A stretch of 64,000 nucleotides of DNA from a virus. Its lineage: Duplodnaviria > Heunggongvirae > Uroviricota > Caudoviricetes. This document shows, in pieces, positions 57,161-64,000 of this stretch. The translations under genes were made by a program, and so were the position numbers. Location of the stretch: IMG/VR virus record IMGVR_UViG_3300008107_000010; one strand, given 5' to 3'. Numbering within the stretch: position 1 is the stretch's first letter; every line of letters starts with the position of its first letter. The notes below the pieces were generated by a model, which searched no databases, was not told where the DNA came from, and was given only the letters and a program-made list of their open reading frames with translations.

Positions 57161-58453
57161 TTATATTTTTGTTGAATTTACTATTTCAGTATCTTTAAAA
57201 ACAGCATCCTTAGTGTATTTACCTTCTCTAAAAATACCGTTAAACATTTTTCCAGAGAAAACACCATCAATGCCATACACATAACAGTTATTTGTAACGC
57301 AGCTTCCATTAACATAAGAAGATCCGATTTTAGATCCTGTAATTTGAGATCCTTGATAGAAATTACACATTTTTAAATCCGAAGATTTAACATCGCATTT
57401 AAAAATATCGCACTGCGTTAATTCTCCCATAATATCGCACTTAATAAATTCATAATTCATTAAACCGAAACAATATGGTAATTCACCTCCTTCAACCTGG
57501 ACTCTTCCAGAATCAGAATCATAGTTAATATTACCCTTTGTTAATTGACCATTAGTGAATAAGTCAATCACTCTGTCTTTGATTTGAGGCCAGTAAATAT
57601 CAATAATCTTAGGATCTTTATTTAAATCAACCATTAAATGCACATCCTTCCAGCCTTTGTTAATATTCTTCCAATCAACTCTAGCATCAATAATTCTCTT
57701 ATTTAGATTTAAAATCTTTTTAAGCTCTAATTTATTATTAGGACTAAATCCATCGCTTGACGCTGTTTTCCAAAGTTGTAACAAGAAAGAATCTAAAAGA
57801 TTTAAAATTTTAGACTGTTTTTTGTGCCAGTTTTCGCCTCCTAAATATCTAAACTCTAGGTAATTCTTTCTTAATTTTTCAAAGTTTACTCCATAGTATT
57901 TAGATTGAGGGAAAATGAAGTTAGTTTGGTTAATATGATTTCCATCGTATATGTAAGTTTCATTTTTTGGTAAAATAAACTTAATTGATTTTGCATAAGC
58001 AGAATCTTTTCTTTCTGGAAAGGCTTTCCAAACCTGCTCTTCGTTAAAATCTAGAATAAATTTAAGAGGACTCATTCTAGAAATTAAGTATTTGTTTCCA
58101 ATTAATTTAGGGTCAAAACTTAAATTTAAATGGATCGAAGATCTATTTGTGGTATAACCATTTTTAGCGATCCAATCGCATACTTTAATAATTACCATTC
58201 TACCCTCAGAATATGGTAAAGCGCCGGTGACTAATTCCATTAGTCCGGCGCCACCACTCATATCGGGTTCTATTTTAAATTCGTTTTTAGTTGGAGAAAA
58301 TTCACTGTGGTGCTTTTTCTCAATTCGAATCTTTTTACCTAAAACTTCAGCTAATTGCTTTGCTGTTTCTTCAAGGCTAACGTTTGCATAGAATTCGAAT
58401 TCAACTCCTACTAGACCATTTTGAAGGATCTCAGAATCTTTTAAGTTAATCAT
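57161..58453 (-). CDS. Putative amidoligase (COOH-NH2 ligase type 2) with C-terminal beta-helix-like repeats
   Basis: VGVEFEF, KIEPDMS, ELVTG, SSIHLNLS, KYYGVN, LEFRYLGG. Confidence 0.75.
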   Translation of the reverse strand: MINLKDSEILQNGLVGVEFEFYANVSLEETAKQLAEVLGKKIRIEKKHHSEFSPTKNEFKIEPDMSGGAGLMELVTGALPYSEGRMVIIKVCDWIAKNGYTTNRSSIHLNLSFDPKLIGNKYLISRMSPLKFILDFNEEQVWKAFPERKDSAYAKSIKFILPKNETYIYDGNHINQTNFIFPQSKYYGVNFEKLRKNYLEFRYLGGENWHKKQSKILNLLDSFLLQLWKTASSDGFSPNNKLELKKILNLNKRIIDARVDWKNINKGWKDVHLMVDLNKDPKIIDIYWPQIKDRVIDLFTNGQLTKGNINYDSDSGRVQVEGGELPYCFGLMNYEFIKCDIMGELTQCDIFKCDVKSSDLKMCNFYQGSQITGSKIGSSYVNGSCVTNNCYVYGIDGVFSGKMFNGIFREGKYTKDAVFKDTEIVNSTKI

Positions 58454-58500
58454 TTACCGGTTTTATATAGTTATGTTCACTATATATATCCAGTTCAGAA

Positions 58501-59703
58501 TTAAACTAACTTTAAGAAAACCTTTCTAGTTTCTTCTTCGATTCTACTAATAATCACTGTAATTGGATCCCCTTTCTTAATAGTAGTAGTATCTACTCCA
58601 TTTAATTCACTAGTGTGCAACAGTCCAGTGATACCATCCTCGATTTCAATAAATAAACCATAATCTTTAATCGATCTAACGGTTCCTTGAACTTCAGACG
58701 GAACATTGTATCTTTTTGATGCGCCATTCCATGGATTAACTTTGGAATCTAATTTTTGTGTTAGCGTGATTTTAGTATTTGATATAATATCTTTAACTAA
58801 AAACTTGATTGGTGTACCCGGCTCTAACGTATGTTTTGCATACATTTCAGCGGTTTCTCCTGATAAATCATTAATGTGTATCATACCAGTTAAACACCCG
58901 GCAAATTCAACGAATACACCATATTTGGTAGATCCTGTAACATGACCTTCTTGTTCAACTTCGATATTATTTCTAAGATCTTCGATTGCATTCGGAATTA
59001 ATGCTTGTAGGTATTTTCTATGAGATACTACAACAGTTCCTTTTTCATGTGAATATGATACAGGAACAACATATAAATCAGTTCCAATAATAGATTCAAA
59101 ATTTGCTAATTTATTAATACCAGCTAAAGAACCTGGCATGAAACATTCAATACCTTGAACTAATACCATATAACCGCCACCTGGGATCATTTGATTAACT
59201 CGGCCCGGGTATGCTGTATTTTCTTCTTTAGCAGCTTCTAATAACTCATTAAAGATAGCTTGTTTAGTTCCTTCTGTTACTGAACCAACTACAAATCCTC
59301 TTTCACGGTGTGTTGCGATAACTTTTACACTTAATTCACGATCTTTAACGATCATTTCTCTAAATGATGGAGCCTCTTTTTCAATGTCAATATAGATAAA
59401 TTCTCTATATCCGACATCAATTGTTGCCCATTTACCATCATTTGCCCAGATTTTACCGGTCAATTTGTCGCCGACATTAATGTCTGGAACCATTGTTGTA
59501 AATGACCCAGCATATAAATCATAAAGTTGTTGTGCGTTTTTAGATTGAGAGAAAACCTTAACTCCCTTTGCAACTTTTACATGTGGGTTGCCTTTTCTTA
59601 GTCTCGATGGACAATCTTCGGCATGCGCGTCCCAATCAAAATCAGGATCTCCGGCTACTTGTAAGGTTTTTGTTGTTTTTTGTTTTACTAATTCTTCTAG
59701 CAT
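58501..59703 (-). CDS. rpsA: Ribosomal protein S1 homologue (about four S1 domains)
   Basis: S1 repeats: GGYMVLVQGIECFMPGS, GHVTGSTKYGVFVEF..LTGMIHINDL, GTVRSIKDYGLFIEIEDGITGLLHTSEL; N-terminal FDWDA. Confidence 0.85.
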   Translation of the reverse strand: MLEELVKQKTTKTLQVAGDPDFDWDAHAEDCPSRLRKGNPHVKVAKGVKVFSQSKNAQQLYDLYAGSFTTMVPDINVGDKLTGKIWANDGKWATIDVGYREFIYIDIEKEAPSFREMIVKDRELSVKVIATHRERGFVVGSVTEGTKQAIFNELLEAAKEENTAYPGRVNQMIPGGGYMVLVQGIECFMPGSLAGINKLANFESIIGTDLYVVPVSYSHEKGTVVVSHRKYLQALIPNAIEDLRNNIEVEQEGHVTGSTKYGVFVEFAGCLTGMIHINDLSGETAEMYAKHTLEPGTPIKFLVKDIISNTKITLTQKLDSKVNPWNGASKRYNVPSEVQGTVRSIKDYGLFIEIEDGITGLLHTSELNGVDTTTIKKGDPITVIISRIEEETRKVFLKLV

Positions 59704-59747
59704 TGTTTTTAAAATTAAAAGTGAATTATACGTTATATATTAGATTT

Positions 59748-61535
59748 TTAAAAAGCTGTTGGGACAAAGCCAATCATCGGAATCGGTGAAGGCGCTGCCG
59801 CTATTTGTCCAACATAAATAAATTTAAGTTCCATTATATGTTTAGCACATGCAACTGCAACAGCAGATGCAACAGCCTTAGTTATTGGTTGTGTTAATGG
59901 TTCAAGTTGAGCTAACTTTCCAGTATTCCAAGCTCTTCTAAGATTTGCTGATAATGATTTTTGACTTCCATAATACAATGGAATAAATGTACCTGGAGTT
60001 GGAATATTACAAGGGGGGACGGGTGGCGCTGAATTAAATGGAGCTGCGGTAGTACTCATCCAATATGCAATAATAGCTTTAGCCATAGTTTCATAAGGAT
60101 CTTTTTCAGATTCTGGATCTGCATCTTTTTTTTCAGTTATTGCCAACTCATCAATCCATTGTTTCTTTAATGCATGATATTTTTTTCTATCCTCATCATA
60201 TAACTTTCTCTTTGCATCGATTCTTTCATTTTCATTAGAATTGTTTGCATTAGAATGTTTTTCAAGACTAATATCATCAATGTTTGCAACATAGCAGAAT
60301 TTACAAATAAAATAATCAGTCATCCAAGTAGGCCAAACTTCAATATCATCTTTATGTTCTAATTGAATAATCTTCTTGTTTAACGGATTTACTAAACCGG
60401 TTTTAAGACCAGTGTTACGCTTAATATAAGCTTCATTAGATTCTTTCTTTATTTTATCGTTAACTGCCTTTAAATAAGCATCTAACTTAATTCCGTCACT
60501 ATAAGTTATTCCATCAATTATGATTTGGTATTGAGGATTTACAGTATTAGGTCCATATCCAGGTTTTGGAGTTCTAAGCCTTTTATCATATAAATTTTTA
60601 TACTTTAATGTAACTTCTCCAGTTACAGTAGTAATATCAACTGCTTTTAGTAAAGCTAAACATTTTTCTGCTACCTTTTTGCCATAAGAAGATTCATATC
60701 CTAATGATAATCTAGTAAGGAACCTGACGAATTTTATATCTTCTGTATTTTGATATAATACTCTTTTTACAAGCAATTCAAATTTTTGATCTTCTGTTAA
60801 ATTTAATTTAGTTTTTTGGGTACCGTTTATAACTTCAGCAGGTTTGGTGTTATCATTTGGAACAACAACATCAACACTTTGATTTAAACTATGTTTAACA
60901 TCTGGAAATCCAGCATCATCAACACCAATAAGAGTATATTTGAATTTTCCTGGAATATCAAATGGAACATACAGATTAGCTATTCCAAATTCATCTGAAA
61001 TAATCTCTAAAGGTTCTCCATTGTTTATAGTATATGTAAATCTATATGGAGCAATTCCATTTTGACCAGTAAAAATTAATATGGTTTGATTCTGTTCGTC
61101 TGGAGTTCCAAATAAACTAGCGCTTGTTAATTCTGGTTTTTCTGGTTCTGGTGGAGGTGGAAAAAATTCATAGAATCTATTGTTTGGAATAGCATCACCC
61201 TTTGATAAAAGCCATTTTTTAAATTCAGCTTCAGCATTATACTTTTTAGGAACCGGTAAACCTTCTAATAAATCACTATAATTAGGATCTGTAATTTTAT
61301 CTTCAAGCGTTGGTGATGCAGATTTAAATAAATCATTAAACGCCTTTTTAAAACCTGCTTCTAAAATTGATTTTTGCCCAGATTTATGTAGATTACCAAA
61401 TGGAGTTTGTGCTGTTTTGACTGCATTGAAATATTCGTTGGCCATAAACGTACCGAAGTCATCGGGTCCTTTAGAAGACCGACTTGCGAGTTTTGATGAT
61501 ACGTTATTTATAAATATTGGCCACTGTGCAGGCAT
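59748..61535 (-). CDS. Structural/hypothetical protein with internal Ig-like segment
   Basis: 595 aa; G.APYRFTYTING Ig-like segment; Pro-rich C-terminus. Confidence 0.5.
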   Translation of the reverse strand: MPAQWPIFINNVSSKLASRSSKGPDDFGTFMANEYFNAVKTAQTPFGNLHKSGQKSILEAGFKKAFNDLFKSASPTLEDKITDPNYSDLLEGLPVPKKYNAEAEFKKWLLSKGDAIPNNRFYEFFPPPPEPEKPELTSASLFGTPDEQNQTILIFTGQNGIAPYRFTYTINNGEPLEIISDEFGIANLYVPFDIPGKFKYTLIGVDDAGFPDVKHSLNQSVDVVVPNDNTKPAEVINGTQKTKLNLTEDQKFELLVKRVLYQNTEDIKFVRFLTRLSLGYESSYGKKVAEKCLALLKAVDITTVTGEVTLKYKNLYDKRLRTPKPGYGPNTVNPQYQIIIDGITYSDGIKLDAYLKAVNDKIKKESNEAYIKRNTGLKTGLVNPLNKKIIQLEHKDDIEVWPTWMTDYFICKFCYVANIDDISLEKHSNANNSNENERIDAKRKLYDEDRKKYHALKKQWIDELAITEKKDADPESEKDPYETMAKAIIAYWMSTTAAPFNSAPPVPPCNIPTPGTFIPLYYGSQKSLSANLRRAWNTGKLAQLEPLTQPITKAVASAVAVACAKHIMELKFIYVGQIAAAPSPIPMIGFVPTAF

Positions 61536-61571
61536 GATTCTATATTTTTATAAGATATTTATCCTTATTTA

Positions 61572-62300
61572 TTATTTACCCTTTTGCTGATACGTTTTAT
61601 GCTTACCCTTCAGACTAGATATTGTTGCTGGAGTCGGAGGAGATGGAGGACCAGATGGACCGGTCGGAGTTGGGTGAATATGCTTTTGATAATCATCTAA
61701 TAATTGATTTAACCATTTTTCAAGAGAAACACCACGAACTGCTGGTTCTGCTTCATCTTCAGAAGCTTCACCAGTATTAGATAAAAATATATTACCAGAA
61801 TCTAAAAAGATTTTGGCATCAGTACTAATTTTAATAATATTCTTTTCATCGATTTGAATTAGGGGTCTCTCCTTAGCACCCTTTCCTCTTGTGATAATTA
61901 TACCATCTTTTGGAGAATGATAAATCCTGATGTTACGGATTTCATCATACACTAATGAAATTGTCTGTTGCGCTTCGTCTTCTGATAGCGCGTCTAAGAC
62001 CTCGGATTTTAAAGCTTTGCGTTGATTAACTTGGAAAAAATACTCAGGGTGGTACATGTTACCATTATCAAATCGAACTGATACGATATCGTCAACGTTA
62101 GGAACACTATGTGCTCCTACATTATTTCTATTTCCATTAGCAGCCCATGGAATATCTTCGGGAGGTACAGTGTCGAACTTTCCAAACACCATAACTTTAC
62201 ATCTACCATTTTTTAATGGATCTTTATTATCTAAGACTTTTCCAAGCCAATGGGTGTCTCTGATATTATCGCTTCCTCCTATTTCGTCGACTGTTGTCAT
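61572..62300 (-). CDS. Baseplate hub / spike protein (gp5/VgrG OB-fold), no lysozyme domain
   Basis: WLGKVLDNKDPLKNGRCKV.VFG, IPWA, PNVDDIVSVRFDNGN; C-terminal HIH metal-binding tip motif. Confidence 0.82.
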   Translation of the reverse strand: MTTVDEIGGSDNIRDTHWLGKVLDNKDPLKNGRCKVMVFGKFDTVPPEDIPWAANGNRNNVGAHSVPNVDDIVSVRFDNGNMYHPEYFFQVNQRKALKSEVLDALSEDEAQQTISLVYDEIRNIRIYHSPKDGIIITRGKGAKERPLIQIDEKNIIKISTDAKIFLDSGNIFLSNTGEASEDEAEPAVRGVSLEKWLNQLLDDYQKHIHPTPTGPSGPPSPPTPATISSLKGKHKTYQQKGK

Positions 62301-63613
62301 TATCTTCCTTTAAAATCGTTATATACATTACCCATACTAATTAAAGCATCTCTATTTGCCTTATCAAGAACATCAACTATTGGAGTTCCATCTAAAAAGT
62401 GTACATTTTTTCCAACCACACTTTCAACACCGGCACTTATGCCTTTTATGTCAGTTGCAGCATCAATACCTCTCATGATTTTGCCATAAACATTTTCTAG
62501 AGTAGGTAATCTGCGCATAATTAATCTTGTTGCTTCAATCTGTGCTTCTTCTGCTTTCATTCTAGCCATTCTTGCTAAATCATCTTTAGACCTATCACCA
62601 TAATCTTTAAGCTGCTTTACTGCTTTATTCTTAAGATTTTTCATCTTACCACCAACTTGCTGCTTAAATGAAAGCTTTTTAGTTTGTCCTGGATCGGTTG
62701 CTCCAGAGTTAGCAGCTTCTAGTTTTGCAATTTTACCAGCAGTTTCTTCGTCTAATCCAGCATTTGGATCTAATGTTGATGGATCTACTTGAGCTTTTGT
62801 ATTTTCCATGTCAGTTACAGGAGCTATAGTATCAGGTTTTTCAGAAACTAAATTAATTCCAGTCTCATTATTCATGCCAGCAATAACTAATCCATTTAAT
62901 GCTCTTGCATCTACTCTGTAAACGCGATCATAATTTATAATAATCTCATTTGCTGCCATTTCTGGGGCCGAAGCACTTAAATCAGCAAGAGGTTTATTAC
63001 CGCTTGTCATATCAAATTCACAATATCTAAGTTCAAACATAAAGAAAGGTCTAGATCCTTCACCTGCAATTACTTCATTTGGAGAATTATCATAAATCGA
63101 TCTAACATCAGCAACATAGATATACATTGTAAACTTTCTAAGATTTGGAGGTAGAATATATCTCCAATTCTTCTCGTCCCAAATAGCCTTTCTATATAAC
63201 TGCATTAAACCTGCAATATTCATATTAATTGTTTCTAAACAACCAATAGTTAATTTAGCTTCACTTCCACCAAAATATGGATTTTCAGGATTAAACTGTA
63301 CTAATCTATCAACACCACCTAAACTTTGCCAATGCCAAGGCATTTCGCTATTGATTTTATATAGCGCATTTTTAAATGCCTTTAAAGAATCTAATTTATG
63401 TTGATACTTTTTAGAATCACCATCAACTAGATGTTTTTGAATAAATCTTTCAGCTTCACCATTAAATAAGGGTGAATCGAGTTGCATGTCAAAAAGCAGA
63501 GTAAAAGACAAGTACGTTGGATCTTGATAACTATCAAATCCAACATTATTGATGTCTCCTTTTTTAAGGACTCCACCTTTTCTAAATGATTCTAAATTTA
63601 AGAAATGCGACAT
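62300..63613 (-). CDS. Tail-tube-fold baseplate protein (gp48/gp54-like), tentative
   Basis: DPTYLSF, WHWQSLGG, LTIGCLETI, RKFTMYIY, FELRYCEFD; adjacent to the gp5-like gene. Confidence 0.45.
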   Translation of the reverse strand: MSHFLNLESFRKGGVLKKGDINNVGFDSYQDPTYLSFTLLFDMQLDSPLFNGEAERFIQKHLVDGDSKKYQHKLDSLKAFKNALYKINSEMPWHWQSLGGVDRLVQFNPENPYFGGSEAKLTIGCLETINMNIAGLMQLYRKAIWDEKNWRYILPPNLRKFTMYIYVADVRSIYDNSPNEVIAGEGSRPFFMFELRYCEFDMTSGNKPLADLSASAPEMAANEIIINYDRVYRVDARALNGLVIAGMNNETGINLVSEKPDTIAPVTDMENTKAQVDPSTLDPNAGLDEETAGKIAKLEAANSGATDPGQTKKLSFKQQVGGKMKNLKNKAVKQLKDYGDRSKDDLARMARMKAEEAQIEATRLIMRRLPTLENVYGKIMRGIDAATDIKGISAGVESVVGKNVHFLDGTPIVDVLDKANRDALISMGNVYNDFKGR

Positions 63614-63632
63614 GAATTATATATTGTTTTTA

Positions 63633-63998
63633 TTAAACCTTATCAACTACTGTAACTTGTCCGGTTTTGGTAAAAGTTTTACCTTCTGCTTTTATCCAAA
63701 CTTCAAGAGTATATGTTCCAGGATCAATTGATCCTACATTTGTAAAATCAACATCCCATGTACCATTCTTCCTTACAATTATACCATCGCCTGATGATAA
63801 TAAAGTTCCATCAATTTCCCCACCAAAATCTTCAACCGATTCAATCGTTTTATTAGCGGTCCATGTGCCTTGAAATTTAGGATACGTATTATTAGATGCA
63901 AAAGCGCTTGTAACATCCTGTGTCGTTGTCTGTACCGGAACGTCTATTTGAATATTTAACTCAACGCTAGGTGCTGGAGCTGGGGCCGGAGCTGGACT
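63633..63998 (-). CDS. 3' end of a gene with a (PA)n linker and Ig-like domain; start lies beyond the window
   Basis: Manual translation SPAPAPAPAPSVELN...NGTWDVDF...IDPGTYTLEV...VDKV*. Confidence 0.75.
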   Translation of the reverse strand, partial: SPAPAPAPAPSVELNIQIDVPVQTTTQDVTSAFASNNTYPKFQGTWTANKTIESVEDFGGEIDGTLLSSGDGIIVRKNGTWDVDFTNVGSIDPGTYTLEVWIKAEGKTFTKTGQVTVVDKV

Positions 63999-64000
63999 AG

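Noticed and set aside
318-63873. Numerous short plus-strand ORFs (60-215 aa) in the track, e.g. 318-671, 14028-14675, 23917-24312, 42266-42634
   Set aside because: All are antisense shadows of well-supported minus-strand genes, rich in F/S/L/I as expected from reverse-complemented A-rich codons, with no recognisable motifs.
1-64000. Stop-codon reassignment (code 15 or 4), as seen in some Bacteroidota phages
   Set aside because: ORFs up to 1598 aa are intact in the standard code, and TAG and TGA both end genes at tight junctions.

Overview
AT-rich (about 30-33% GC by eye) 64-kb segment of a large T4-superfamily (myovirus-like) phage genome read in the standard genetic code. Every credible gene is on the minus strand. 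In coordinate order: (1) replication and nucleotide metabolism: UvsX/RecA, a family-B DNA polymerase split into two genes 3.9 kb apart, a probable sliding clamp, NrdA/NrdB; (2) an unusual 6-kb cluster at 8.2-14.1 kb: dCTPase/dUTPase-like enzyme, aGPT-Pplase1/amino-acid:DNA-transferase-like protein, FkbM methyltransferase, HAD phosphatase, myo-inositol-1-phosphate synthase, a beta-glucosyltransferase-N-domain/SGNH hybrid and a DUF6378-like protein. This is the best candidate for an undescribed system, an inositol-based, clamp-coupled DNA hypermodification pathway; (3) probable head-internal proteins carrying T4-like capsid-targeting motifs; (4) UvsW, UvsY, primase, gp32 and a RuvC-like gene around an origin-like intergenic region; (5) a long tail/baseplate/neck module with two collagen-containing fibre paralogues (one ending in a Hint domain), an amidoligase and a ribosomal protein S1 homologue. 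A-rich leaders without Shine-Dalgarno sequences, the S1 N-terminus and a host-like membrane protein suggest a Bacteroidota host (inference). Two promoter-like motifs, several terminators and a start-region-sequestering hairpin are visible. No tRNA, rRNA, CRISPR array or mobile element was found. All family assignments come from motifs recognised by eye; no database searches were run.
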